Shown here one piece after another: positions 46,638-56,846 of a stretch of 64,000 nt of DNA. The DNA comes from Syntrophales bacterium (GTDB lineage: Bacteria > Desulfobacterota > Syntrophia > Syntrophales > UBA2185), in NCBI GenBank assembly GCA_052144335.1, contig JBKQQP010000006.1:21778-85777 (forward strand), read 5' to 3'. A model generated the notes under the pieces. The model had not been told where the DNA came from and did no database searches. It saw only the letters and a list, made by a program, of their open reading frames with translations. Numbering within the stretch: the first letter of the stretch is position 1; the number at the start of each line of letters is the position of its first letter. Made by a program: the position numbers and the translations under genes.

Positions 46638-48272
46638 TTAGCCCATCATCCTCCTCTTGATAACATCAATTATCATCGTCATTTCGGAGCACTTAGTCAA
46701 ACAGGCAGAGATGAAGAATGCGGCCATCCCCGCAAAGACAGAGACCATCAGGTGCAATAGCCTCTCGTTTAGCGGCCCCTCGGCAGTCCAGGGCAAAAAA
46801 TGTCCTATGATGATTATAACCCCGAACATCGCAAACGATGACAAAAATATGTTAAAAACAGACTTATAAAACCCCTGATCTAAGAAAACCCCGATTCTCC
46901 TCTTAAGAATAACTGTCAGCATGATGACATTGACTGCTGTCGCGATGGACGTTGCCAGTGCGAGACCGCTGTGCTTCAGTGGATACATAAGAACAACACT
47001 GCAGACAACATTGACGATGAAAGCGACAATCCCCGCTTTCATCGGAGTTTTCGAATCCTGAAGTGAATAGAAAGCGGACACAATAACCCTGATCACTGAA
47101 AATGCCCACAAGCCAAGGGCATAGCATAAGAGGGCTTGGGCCGTTAGAAATGTTGACTGGATGTCAAACGCACCTCTCTGGAAAAGCACCGAGATTATCG
47201 GCACCCGGAGCACTATGAGTGAGACAGTCGCCGGTATAGTGACAAAGAGTATTAGTCTTAGCGAAAAATTGATTGTTCCTTTTAATTCATGAAAGTCGCC
47301 TTTCGCCACCTGCTCTGAAAAACTGGGGAGCGCTGCTGTCCCCACCGCTATAGCAAATACGCCGAGGGGAAGCTCCACGACCCGGTCGGCATAGTAGAGG
47401 TAGGAGACGCTGCCGGAGGGAAGCAGAGACGCCAGTATAGTGGCTATGAAAATATTGATCTGATAGATCGACGCCCCAAAGACTGCGGGAAGCATGAGGA
47501 TCACGATTTTTTTAAGACCCGGATGTCTGAAGTTAAAATTTGGCTTCAGCTTTAAGCCAAATTTAACGAGAAAAGGCCACTGCATGGCGAGTTGCAAAAT
47601 GCCTCCTATAATGACTCCCACGGCAAGTGCCGTGATCGGTTCCGGGAAAAAGTCCATGAGCAGCAGCACCGCCACGATCATAGAGATGTTAAGGATGACG
47701 GGTGAAAGGGCGGGGGCAGCGAAGTGGCGGAGGGAATTGAGGATGCCCATGCACAGAGCCACCAGCGCGATGAAGAAGATGTAGGGGAACATCAGACGGT
47801 TGAGAAAAACCGTCAGGTGATAGTGGGTCGGACGATCAATATACCATCCGGGCGCCATGACCGTTACAATGAGCGGTGAAAAAATAATGCCTGCAATAGA
47901 TACAAGGGCAAGGATGATCGAAAGTAGTGTGAAAGCGACATTAGCCAGTTCATAGGCCTCGGCCTTCGTCTTTTTGTTCAGGTATTCCGTAAAGACGGGC
48001 ACGAAGGAAACAGTCAGCGATCCTTCACCGAGCAGGCGCCTCAGCATGTTGGGAATTCGGAAGGCAACGAAAAAGGCATCCGTTGTCAAACCGGCGCCAA
48101 AAAAAGCGGCGACAACCATATCCCGCAGAAAGCCGGATATGCGGGAAATCATTGTGGCCACACCAACCACCCCCGCTGCCCGGGCGACTCTTCTATTTTC
48201 CGTGCCTTTTATTCGATGACCTTCTTCCATAATGTAAGCAGGCAAAAAGCAGTGAGCATCGATGCCATACAC
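46638..48272 (-). CDS. murJ: Lipid II flippase MurJ (MviN)
   Basis: ISRISGFLRDMVVAAFFGAG..TDAFFVAFRIPNMLRRLLGEG is the MurJ N-terminal signature. About 14 TM segments. The start may be the internal MEEGH at 48230. Confidence 0.9.
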   Translation of the reverse strand: MYGIDAHCFLPAYIMEEGHRIKGTENRRVARAAGVVGVATMISRISGFLRDMVVAAFFGAGLTTDAFFVAFRIPNMLRRLLGEGSLTVSFVPVFTEYLNKKTKAEAYELANVAFTLLSIILALVSIAGIIFSPLIVTVMAPGWYIDRPTHYHLTVFLNRLMFPYIFFIALVALCMGILNSLRHFAAPALSPVILNISMIVAVLLLMDFFPEPITALAVGVIIGGILQLAMQWPFLVKFGLKLKPNFNFRHPGLKKIVILMLPAVFGASIYQINIFIATILASLLPSGSVSYLYYADRVVELPLGVFAIAVGTAALPSFSEQVAKGDFHELKGTINFSLRLILFVTIPATVSLIVLRVPIISVLFQRGAFDIQSTFLTAQALLCYALGLWAFSVIRVIVSAFYSLQDSKTPMKAGIVAFIVNVVCSVVLMYPLKHSGLALATSIATAVNVIMLTVILKRRIGVFLDQGFYKSVFNIFLSSFAMFGVIIIIGHFLPWTAEGPLNERLLHLMVSVFAGMAAFFISACLTKCSEMTMIIDVIKRRMMG

Positions 48273-48293
48273 AGCGACCCGTGAAAATGCGGC

Positions 48294-48602
48294 TCAGGGA
48301 ATCAGCGCCTCGATTTCTTTTCTTCCGATTCCTTCTATGGCAATAGTTTTTTTCTTCGATCGATGGCCGCTCAATATCTTCACCTGTTTTTTCTTGATCC
48401 TCAAGATATCGGATAGAAACCTGATACATTCCGCATTGGCCTGTCCCTCCACTGGCGGCGCAGTGATCTTGAGTTTGAGCGCATCACCCTGAACACCGGC
48501 AAACTCGCTTTTGGCAGACCGTGGCACGACATGAACTTGGAGGATTATGCCATCCTCCGTTTCCTTGATGCTAACCATATCGGACCAGAGATGTGTTTGC
48601 AT
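48294..48602 (-). CDS. DUF167 (YggU-like) protein
   Basis: LKLKITAPPVEGQANAECIRFLSDILRIKKKQVKILSGHRSKKK is the DUF167 signature. Confidence 0.8.
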   Translation of the reverse strand: MQTHLWSDMVSIKETEDGIILQVHVVPRSAKSEFAGVQGDALKLKITAPPVEGQANAECIRFLSDILRIKKKQVKILSGHRSKKKTIAIEGIGRKEIEALIP

Positions 48603-48608
48603 GGATCG

Positions 48609-48908
48609 TCACTTCAGGCTCACAGCCAATTCGATCATGCTCTTGATCAGAAATTCATCGAGGAAGTAGATCACCAGGATGACGATGATTGGCGATATGT
48701 CAACACCCATGCGTCCAAAAGGCAGCCATCTGCGAACCTGCGCCAAGACCGGCTCTGTCACTCGATACAAGAACTGTACGATCTGATTGTACGGATCAGG
48801 ATTCACCCACGAGATGATGGCTCTGGCAATGATAATCCACATATAGATGTTAAGTACGATGTGGATGATTTTGGCCACCGCGATGATAAAGTTCCCCAGC
48901 ACAAACAT
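48609..48908 (-). CDS. YggT-family membrane protein
   Basis: 99 aa. IIIARAIISWVNPDPYNQIVQFLYRVTEPVL is typical of YggT. Confidence 0.85.
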   Translation of the reverse strand: MFVLGNFIIAVAKIIHIVLNIYMWIIIARAIISWVNPDPYNQIVQFLYRVTEPVLAQVRRWLPFGRMGVDISPIIVILVIYFLDEFLIKSMIELAVSLK

Positions 48909-48944
48909 ATGAACTCCTTCTCACAACCAAGAACTCTAGTTTCT

Positions 48945-49736
48945 TTATTTTCTCTCCATATCAGGCAATGATAGAGCAAATGATTTGAGGACTCCGTTGA
49001 AGGCCTCTGCATTTTCCAGCATGGCCATATGACCGGCATTCTCAATCAGCGACAACTGCGCCCCGGGAATGTTATCTCTCAGTAATTGCGACAGCGCGGG
49101 CGGCGTCATCTTGTCATCAGCGCCGCAAACAACGAGGGTCGGCTTTCTGATCCGTGCTACCTCATTTTCAATGTCGAGTCTGTTACAGGCAAGGAGATCG
49201 CCATACAGTATATCAGGATTGGCGCGCGATAGTCCCTCAATGACGATTCGCGACAGGCGTTCTCTATTTTCCTTGGTAACAGAAAATTTGGCGGCCAAAG
49301 CGATAACGGAAGCGGGATCAGTTTTCAGGCCTTCGAGAATCATGGCATTCACAGGCATTCTGGCACCTCCGCCCACGGGGACAATGGCGGAGAGCATATC
49401 TCCATATTTTATCGCAAATACGAGGCTCATAGCCGCACCGAGGGAGTGGCCTATCAAAACAGGTTTTTCTAAAGCAAGCGCATCGATGAACTTCCTCACC
49501 CATTCGACATACTGCGATACATCCTGTTCGCCCCGACCTCCGGACAATCCATGACCGGGCAAATCAATTGCCGCAATATTGAACTCATCCATCAATCTCG
49601 TATACTGCTCTATCCATATCCTGTGGTCTCCGCCAGATCCGTGCACAAAGAAGAGTGTCTTCTTCCCGTGAGAAAAGTTTTTGCTGCTGACCCAACAAGC
49701 TATATTTGCACCGCTGATTTCATGAAATATTACCAT
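48945..49736 (-). CDS. Alpha/beta-fold hydrolase
   Basis: HGSGGD oxyanion region, nucleophile elbow GHSLGA and a C-terminal GH. Confidence 0.8.
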   Translation of the reverse strand: MVIFHEISGANIACWVSSKNFSHGKKTLFFVHGSGGDHRIWIEQYTRLMDEFNIAAIDLPGHGLSGGRGEQDVSQYVEWVRKFIDALALEKPVLIGHSLGAAMSLVFAIKYGDMLSAIVPVGGGARMPVNAMILEGLKTDPASVIALAAKFSVTKENRERLSRIVIEGLSRANPDILYGDLLACNRLDIENEVARIRKPTLVVCGADDKMTPPALSQLLRDNIPGAQLSLIENAGHMAMLENAEAFNGVLKSFALSLPDMERK

Positions 49737-50002
49737 TGTACTTATTTCTCTTCTAACAAAAGATAGCAGCGTGCGATAGGCCCCACTGAGAGAATCACGG
49801 AACAGGTTTTCCGTCTATCTTCGATACTCATAAATGAAAATAGAAGCGTTATCTGAACACCGCCTCCTGCCTATAGGAGTTATCCAGTGCCTATCATATA
49901 TCGTACATCTTGTACAAATAAAGATTGATAATATTGTAAAAATTCGTAAACTGGATGAGATTATTGACGGCTCTTCATAGGGCAAACACGGGGGGGAGAA
50001 AT

Positions 50003-50821
50003 ATGTTGAAAGGAAAAAAGATCAGCTTTATCGGGGGAGGCAAAATGGGCAGCGCCCTCATTAAGGGTATCCTGGCCCGCAATCTAATCGCTCCGGGCAA
50101 GGTCACCGTAGCTGACGTGGTAGAGGAACAACTGGAGTGGCTCAGAAAAACATATGGCGTCCTTGCGACCAAAGACAATAGAAAAGCTGTCCGGGATGCA
50201 GATATCATCATCCTCGCCGTTAAACCACAGAATATGACGGAAGTGCTGGAAGGAATATCTGGCATTCTTGATAAGAGCAAGCTCATCATCTCCATTGCGG
50301 CAGGTATTTCCACAGGATATATAGAGGAATACCTCAAGAAGGGTGTTCGTGTAATGAGGGTCATGCCTAATACCCCGGCGCTAATTGGTGAAGGAGCTGC
50401 GGCAATAGCCAGAGGGTCATGTGCAACGGATGAAGATTTTGTTTTTACCCGCCATATCTTTGAAGCTGTCGGGATCGCCGTCGCGGTTAAAGAAGAACTC
50501 ATGGATGCGGTAACGGGCTTGAGCGGAAGCGGACCTGCATACGCATTTGTAATAATAGACGCACTTGCCGACGCAGGAGTGAATATGGGGCTCGGGAGAG
50601 ACGTTGCCCTGAAACTTGCGGCACAGACCCTTCTCGGTGCGGCAAAACTTTGCCTCATGGGAGACAAACACCCCGCAGAGCTTAGGGATATGGTCACCTC
50701 TCCCGGAGGAACGACCATAGCCGGTTTGCAGGCCATGGAAGAAGGGAAGCTGCGGGCTACTATGATGGCAGCCGTCCAGGCGGCCACACTTCGGGCCAAG
50801 GAGCTTGGCAGGAAAAAATAA
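50003..50821 (+). CDS. proC: Pyrroline-5-carboxylate reductase
   Basis: ISFIGGGKMG Rossmann motif, RVMPNTPALIGEG and SPGGTTIAGL. The start is set at the ATG after GGGAG. Confidence 0.9.
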   Translation: MLKGKKISFIGGGKMGSALIKGILARNLIAPGKVTVADVVEEQLEWLRKTYGVLATKDNRKAVRDADIIILAVKPQNMTEVLEGISGILDKSKLIISIAAGISTGYIEEYLKKGVRVMRVMPNTPALIGEGAAAIARGSCATDEDFVFTRHIFEAVGIAVAVKEELMDAVTGLSGSGPAYAFVIIDALADAGVNMGLGRDVALKLAAQTLLGAAKLCLMGDKHPAELRDMVTSPGGTTIAGLQAMEEGKLRATMMAAVQAATLRAKELGRKK

Positions 50822-50823
50822 GC

Positions 50824-52698
50824 CTACTCCTCAATTTGTTCAAAGACCTTACGGAGCCGGCTCAAGAGATCTTGTCCTTCTCCGGTTGTTGCACTCGATG
50901 GCGCTGGCGGATTGACTGGACTGTCCTGGGCTTGTTCTATCCTCTTGAACGCCACCGGATTATCACTTCGCTCAGCCGAAGGGCGAGATAGGGGTTCAGC
51001 GGATTTATCTTCCGTCTTCTTTTTCTTGTGTCTTGATCTCCATCTCGTCTTCTTCTTGACAGGCTTCGGGCTTGTCTCCAGCGATGCATCGGATGCATGC
51101 GGGAGGGAGCTGACTTCGGCCTGTGTTAATACGCTGGCAGCAGGCTCTGCGCGCCCATTTTCCTGTTTATCGGGCGCCGAAACAGGACGGCCTTCCTCTT
51201 CCGGAGAAGCTTCCTCAGTGACCTCCCTGGCTACAGTTTCGATTTTTAACTCATCCCATGGTATGTCAGGGTTCCCGGAGACGTGAATTGATACGTCATA
51301 CGTGCTTTCAAGTTTACTGATCTCGTTTCTTTTACGGTTCAGAAGATAATCCGCAATCTCGTAAGGCAGCCTTACTTTAAGAACTGAGTAATCTCCCCTT
51401 ACCGCCTGAGATTCAATTTTTCTGAAAGCGCTCAGGGCCGTGTATTCCAGGGATGGTCTGACACCGCGCCCCTTGCAGTAAGGACAGACGTTATAACTGA
51501 TCTCCTGTATGGTCGACTGTTTCTTCTGTCTGGAAAGTTCAAGAATTCCGAACTTGGATATGCGGGACATCTGAATCCTTGCCCTGTCGACGTTAAGCGC
51601 CTTCTTGAAAGTCTTCTCCACCTCGGCTTCGTGTTTTCGATCACGCATATCAATGAAGTCTATGACAAGCAGTCCGCCCAGGTCGCGCAGGCGCAGTTGC
51701 CTGGCGATCTCCTCTGCCGCTTCCATGTTGGTCCTAAAGGCCGTTTCTTCCACATTTCTCTTGTTTGATGCCCGTCCCGAGTTGACATCTATGGTAGTCA
51801 TGGCTTCTGTGGGATTTATGATTATGTACCCGCCGGATTTCAACTCCACCCGATCCTGGTAAATCACGCGAATCTGCTCCTCCAGCCTATGTTTATCAAA
51901 AAGCGGGGTCTTTTCCTTATATAGTTTGATTAGTTTTAGAGTCCTCGGCACGACGGCTTTGGAGTATTCCCTCATCTTTCTGTACGTCTCCATATCGTCT
52001 ACGAGGATTTCTTCTATTTCCGATGTATAATAGTCGCGGAGAGAGCATACGCCAAAATTACTTTCCTGATAAATGAGCGACTGTGCAGGAGCGCTATTAG
52101 CCCGCTTCTGAATCTCCTTCCAAAGCCTCGACAGCATTTGATAATCCCGAGAAAGCTCCTGCTTTGTTCTGTGCATACCTGCTGTACGGATTATAAAACC
52201 GATGCCTTCATCAATCTTTACTTGCTCCATTAAGTTTTTTAGCCGCTTACGGTCTTCCTCATCCTCTATTTTCCGGGAAATGCCGCTGCTTTCCTTATTC
52301 GGCAAAAGAACCAAATATCTTCCAGGCAATGATACATAGGTGGTCAGAAGCGCCCCTTTACGTTCGCTTTCTTCTCTTACTATCTGAACCAGCACCTCTT
52401 GACCCGCCTTCAGATAAGGTTTCTGACTCGCGCTGCCGCCTTCTTTTCCCGCGTGCTCTGCGAAGTATTCGGGACCGACATCGTGCAGCGGCAGAAATCC
52501 ATCCCTCCTGCCCCCGTAATTTACAAAAGCTGCCTGGAGACCACGCTCCACTTTCATCACGAGGCCTTTGTAGATATTGCCCGTTATGGGTTCTTTGTCA
52601 GCCATCTGGATGTTGTATTCGATGAGTTTCCCCCCATCCACAATGGCTAGCCGCTTCTGTTCCGGATGAACAGCATTAATTAACATCACTCTCTTCAT
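50824..52698 (-). CDS. Ribonuclease E/G family endoribonuclease with a basic Pro/Ser-rich C-terminal tail
   Basis: S1 domain (GNIYKGLVMKVERGLQAAFVNYG), the catalytic-core blocks TIDVNSG and LLVIDFIDM, and the Zn-link CPYCKGRG. Confidence 0.85.
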   Translation of the reverse strand: MKRVMLINAVHPEQKRLAIVDGGKLIEYNIQMADKEPITGNIYKGLVMKVERGLQAAFVNYGGRRDGFLPLHDVGPEYFAEHAGKEGGSASQKPYLKAGQEVLVQIVREESERKGALLTTYVSLPGRYLVLLPNKESSGISRKIEDEEDRKRLKNLMEQVKIDEGIGFIIRTAGMHRTKQELSRDYQMLSRLWKEIQKRANSAPAQSLIYQESNFGVCSLRDYYTSEIEEILVDDMETYRKMREYSKAVVPRTLKLIKLYKEKTPLFDKHRLEEQIRVIYQDRVELKSGGYIIINPTEAMTTIDVNSGRASNKRNVEETAFRTNMEAAEEIARQLRLRDLGGLLVIDFIDMRDRKHEAEVEKTFKKALNVDRARIQMSRISKFGILELSRQKKQSTIQEISYNVCPYCKGRGVRPSLEYTALSAFRKIESQAVRGDYSVLKVRLPYEIADYLLNRKRNEISKLESTYDVSIHVSGNPDIPWDELKIETVAREVTEEASPEEEGRPVSAPDKQENGRAEPAASVLTQAEVSSLPHASDASLETSPKPVKKKTRWRSRHKKKKTEDKSAEPLSRPSAERSDNPVAFKRIEQAQDSPVNPPAPSSATTGEGQDLLSRLRKVFEQIEE

Positions 52699-52900
52699 AA
52701 ACATCCTTGTTCTTTAAATCTCAGCCTCGCAAAATGTGTGCAGGGGCCGCGCTGCTTTGTCCTAAACCTTGCGGCATAGGTCTTTCGCTTCCTCACCTAC
52801 CGGTGAGTCTATCCTCAGCCTGACTGCGGACGCTCCCTGCCTCCCGCGCGATTGCGATGCCGGCTAATTGCAAGCCCATTATTATATATTGACGAGATAA

Positions 52901-53512
52901 TCATCGGACAAGAGTGGATACGTCCCCCTTCCCCTCCCTGATTACCTCAATTGTATCATCGACAAGACTGATAATGCTCGATGGCTCGGAAACCAGAATG
53001 CCTCCATCGATTATCAGGTCCACAGAATGACTGAATTTATCCTTGATCTCGACCGGATTACTCAGCACCTCACCGCTCTCAGTCGACACACTAGTACTGA
53101 TAATAGGCTGCCCAAGCTCCCTGACCAGGGCCAGACAGATTTGATTATCCGGCACCCTGATGCCTGTGGCCAGTCTTTTCGGCGCGATAATCTTCGGGAC
53201 CAGCCTCGAGGCCTCGAGGACGAACGTGTACGGTCCCGGCAGGAGGCGTTTCATGGTTTTGTAGGCAAAATCCGAAACGCGGGCGTAACGACTGATGTCC
53301 TTCAGGTCGGCGCAAACAAAACTCAACGGTCGTTTCCTGCTTCTCCTTTTTATCTCATAAATCCTGTCAATTCCTCTCTTGTTGGAAAGGGCACAGCCCA
53401 GCCCATAGACGGTGTCCGTAGGATAGATGATGACGCCCCCATCCTGCAGGACATCAACTGCCTTCTTGATCAATCGCATCTGCGGATTTTGACTGTTTAT
53501 GGATAGGTACAT
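52901..53512 (-). CDS. tsaC: L-threonylcarbamoyladenylate synthase (YrdC/TsaC type)
   Basis: GGVIIYPTDTVYGLGC, KRRSRKRPLS and LPGPYTF motifs. Confidence 0.85.
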   Translation of the reverse strand: MYLSINSQNPQMRLIKKAVDVLQDGGVIIYPTDTVYGLGCALSNKRGIDRIYEIKRRSRKRPLSFVCADLKDISRYARVSDFAYKTMKRLLPGPYTFVLEASRLVPKIIAPKRLATGIRVPDNQICLALVRELGQPIISTSVSTESGEVLSNPVEIKDKFSHSVDLIIDGGILVSEPSSIISLVDDTIEVIREGKGDVSTLVR

Positions 53513-53596
53513 ATTATTTCATTATTCGATTCTATAAATTCGTCTATTTATACGATTTTGACTGTTTATCAGAAAAGGGCATCATTATCAATGAAC

Positions 53597-55204
53597 TTAT
53601 TGAATCTCTTTCAGAACACTTCCATTCCTGTTTTCTTCATCCTTGCTCAATTTATATTGTATACTATCTACGAGAGCAAGCCAGCTTGCCTCGATGATGT
53701 TTGTAGATACACCCATAGTACTCCATATATCTGCGCCATCCGTTGAATCTATAAAGACAGTCACTTTGGCCGCCGTTCCCTCGCAACCTTCGAGAATCCT
53801 CACTTTGAAATCCACGAGGTGCATCCCGTTGATCTGTGGATAAAATTTTATTAATGCCTTTCTCAAGGCATTATCCAAGGCATTGACCGGGCCATTGCCT
53901 TCCGCGGCAGTCAATTCTTCCTCACCGCCCACGGTTATCTTGATTGTTGCCTGTGATACGGGATGATTATGTCCTGTTTTTGCATTTATTACTTGAAAGC
54001 TCTCAAGAATAAATGGATCTCTGAATTCACCTTTTATTTTCTTCATCAGTACGGAAAGAGAACCATCGGCTGTATCAAAATGGTACCCCTGATCTTCCAT
54101 AATCTTTACCTGTTGAACAATACTTCTACTGACAGACGTCTCCTCACCTAAGTCGATACCGAGCTCCCTTGCTTTGTACACAATATTGCTTTTACCAGAG
54201 AGGTCTGAAACGAGCACCCTCTGCTGATTTCCTACCAGCTCCGGCCTGATGTGTTCATATGCCGCCGGATTCTTCAACACAGCGTCAACGTGGATACCTC
54301 CCTTATGGGCAAATGCGCTCCTGCCAACGAATGGCCTGGAATTGAGGGGGGGAATATTCGCGACGTCACTCACGTAGTTAGAGAGATGTGTTAATTGCCT
54401 TATGGATGCATCCGGTAAGCATCTCTTATTCATTTTCAACTGGAGATTACCGATTATGGAGATGAGGTCGGCATTTCCGCACCTTTCTCCATATCCGTTG
54501 ATCGTTCCATGAACCATTCTGACGCCATGATGGACGGCCGCGAGAGAGTTTGCCACGGCAAGGCCGCAATCATTATGTACATGAATACCGAGGAGATGGT
54601 GAGGGACGAAAGGGATGATCTCATCAATGATCCTGACTAATTCACCGGACATCGTTCCCCCATTGGTGTCGCACAACACTATCATGTCAGCCCCGGCGGA
54701 AAGGGCCGTCTCTATTACCTTGCGCGCACACAGGGGATTGTTCTTATATCCGTCGAAAAAATGCTCGGCATCAAAGATGACTTCTTTGCCCCTTGATTTC
54801 AAGAATTCAATAGAATCACGAATCATCTCCAAATTTTCATCGAGGGTTACATTAAGGATGTCCGAGAGATGAAGGTCCCAGCTCTTGCCAAAGATGGCTA
54901 TGGACGGCGTTTCCGCTTCCAAGAGTGCCTTGATGTTGGGACAAGTTGCAGCTTTCATATGCGGCTTTCTGGTGCTGCCGAATGCAGTGAGATGCGCATG
55001 CTTGAATGACATGCCCTTGGCCATCTCAAAAAAACGCATATCTTTCGGATTCGATCCCGGCCACCCGCCTTCAATGTAGTGAAACCCCATCTCATCAAGA
55101 CGCTGGGCGATGCGCAACTTTTCTTCAGCGGAAAAGTTTACCTGCTCGCCCTGCGTCCCGTCTCTCAATGTCGTATCGTAAATCAATACATCCGACGAAT
55201 CCAT
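53597..55204 (-). CDS. cimA: (R)-citramalate synthase (LeuA/CimA family)
   Basis: IYDTTLRDGTQGEQVNFS, GIHVHNDCGLAVANSLAAV and a C-terminal LeuA-dimer regulatory domain. The length and N-terminus fit CimA. The start is set at the ATG after GAGGGG. Confidence 0.8.
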   Translation of the reverse strand: MDSSDVLIYDTTLRDGTQGEQVNFSAEEKLRIAQRLDEMGFHYIEGGWPGSNPKDMRFFEMAKGMSFKHAHLTAFGSTRKPHMKAATCPNIKALLEAETPSIAIFGKSWDLHLSDILNVTLDENLEMIRDSIEFLKSRGKEVIFDAEHFFDGYKNNPLCARKVIETALSAGADMIVLCDTNGGTMSGELVRIIDEIIPFVPHHLLGIHVHNDCGLAVANSLAAVHHGVRMVHGTINGYGERCGNADLISIIGNLQLKMNKRCLPDASIRQLTHLSNYVSDVANIPPLNSRPFVGRSAFAHKGGIHVDAVLKNPAAYEHIRPELVGNQQRVLVSDLSGKSNIVYKARELGIDLGEETSVSRSIVQQVKIMEDQGYHFDTADGSLSVLMKKIKGEFRDPFILESFQVINAKTGHNHPVSQATIKITVGGEEELTAAEGNGPVNALDNALRKALIKFYPQINGMHLVDFKVRILEGCEGTAAKVTVFIDSTDGADIWSTMGVSTNIIEASWLALVDSIQYKLSKDEENRNGSVLKEIQ

Positions 55205-55580
55205 AGATCCCCCCTCTTCCAAAAAAAACCGCTACCAGATAACCTGATAACGGATTCTTGCTGCTCTATAGACATTCTCGAAACACTACACCACTACCAG
55301 GCTTCCTATGTAAACAGCCTAATTATGCCCTCAATATTAAGTGGCCTAATGGTGCACGTGCATCGCAGCATGTAAATAACTATGTCCTTTTGCATTTGAT
55401 CGATTAACTATATATAATCTTAAGATATATTATCCGATTTGTCAACAGAATAAATTTTTCATCTTGCTGCATTTCAAGCAGCCATGAATGAATGAATAAG
55501 ATTTATCCCTAAATAATAGGATTGACGTCGTTTCCACCGTGGTATACGTAAGCGGTTATATTTCCCAAAGGAGACAAACC

Positions 55581-55919
55581 ATGAACGGCACTGACGAGAA
55601 AGGGCCAGAAATCAAGATAGATCAGGACAATCTATACCATGAGGAGACCTTCACCGACCTGAAGGTCGGGTGGATACGCAGACTCACTCCCGTGACGCCC
55701 GACGGCAATAGAGATAAAAAGCGCGAATCCCTTTTCATCGGACAGTCACAACTGGTCACACCCCAGGGCCCGATACCGATTCAATGCCAGATACCGGCGA
55801 AGACGCTGCCGGAAGCCATAAAGAAATTTCCTGAAGTCATGGAGTTGACGATACAGAATATGATTGAGCGGGCCAAGGAGATACAGCGCGAGTCCACCTC
55901 ACGGATTATCACGCCTTAA
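55581..55919 (+). CDS. Conserved-looking hypothetical cytoplasmic protein
   Basis: AAAGGAG site before the ATG at 55581. 112 aa. No motif recognised. Confidence 0.45.
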   Translation: MNGTDEKGPEIKIDQDNLYHEETFTDLKVGWIRRLTPVTPDGNRDKKRESLFIGQSQLVTPQGPIPIQCQIPAKTLPEAIKKFPEVMELTIQNMIERAKEIQRESTSRIITP

Positions 55920-55943
55920 TGAAAAAGAACATTTGCCGTACTT

Positions 55944-56771
55944 TCAAATATTCTCTTTCCTGATAAAGTCGATGGCATTCCTGAAAATGGCCAGGCCCAT
56001 CCCCTCTTCAGGGAGCTTTCCCCTCGTCCAGTGGGGGTGGTTCGTGTAGTGGAGGTACGCTTCCGGATGCGGCATGAGGCCGAATATCCGTCCCGTCTCA
56101 CTGCAAATCCCGGCGATACCGTCAATGGCACCGTTCGGGTTTGCCGGATAGTCCATCGTGGCATCCTTGAAATCCTCATGGCTATATTGAACGACAACTT
56201 GATTATCTCGGTGAAGTCTTTCTAAGATATCCTTATCCTTCGCGACAAACTTTCCCTCGCCATGCCTTACGGGAAGATAAATACCGGTCACATTTCTCGT
56301 AAAAACGCAGGGGGAATCAGGGTTGACCCGCAGATGTATCCACCGGTCCTCAAATCTGCCGGAATCATTGAAGGTGAGGGTCGCCGTCTGATTCCGGTAA
56401 TTGCCGTCAAAGCCCGGCAGCATCCCAAGTTTGACAAGCAACTGAAATCCGTTGCAGACTCCGAGGATAAGCTTGCCCTTACTGATGAACCTCGCAAACT
56501 GATCGAAGAGGTTCTCTTCCTTTCCCTTGACTTTCGCATGCAGAATACGGTTAGCTCCCGCTTTTGCCGAGCCGAGATCATCGCCATCGAGGAACCCTCC
56601 TGGCAGGTTAAGGAAATGATAATCATCGAGGCTCTTGTCACCGTAAAGCAACATACTGATGTGCACAATATCGACTACATCAGAACCTGCAAGTCTACAG
56701 GCGTGGGCCATCTCCATTTCACAATTGGTTCCGTTGCCGGTAATGACGATCGTTTTGACCTCTTTCGACAT
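55944..56771 (-). CDS. purQ: Phosphoribosylformylglycinamidine synthase, glutaminase subunit (PurQ type)
   Basis: GATase-1 catalytic GVCNGFQ and MPHPE. Adjacent to purL. Confidence 0.85.
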   Translation of the reverse strand: MSKEVKTIVITGNGTNCEMEMAHACRLAGSDVVDIVHISMLLYGDKSLDDYHFLNLPGGFLDGDDLGSAKAGANRILHAKVKGKEENLFDQFARFISKGKLILGVCNGFQLLVKLGMLPGFDGNYRNQTATLTFNDSGRFEDRWIHLRVNPDSPCVFTRNVTGIYLPVRHGEGKFVAKDKDILERLHRDNQVVVQYSHEDFKDATMDYPANPNGAIDGIAGICSETGRIFGLMPHPEAYLHYTNHPHWTRGKLPEEGMGLAIFRNAIDFIRKENI

Positions 56772-56846
56772 GATACATTCCTTCACTCGAAGATGATGAC
56801 ACTTCCCCTTCTCTTTTTGCAGAAGGAGGCATACAAGTTTTTGACG

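Noticed and set aside
49975-50799. 274-aa minus-strand ORF covering almost all of proC
   Set aside because: It is antisense to a gene with clear ProC motifs. Its Ser/Ala/Pro-rich translation is a typical shadow ORF of a GC-balanced gene.
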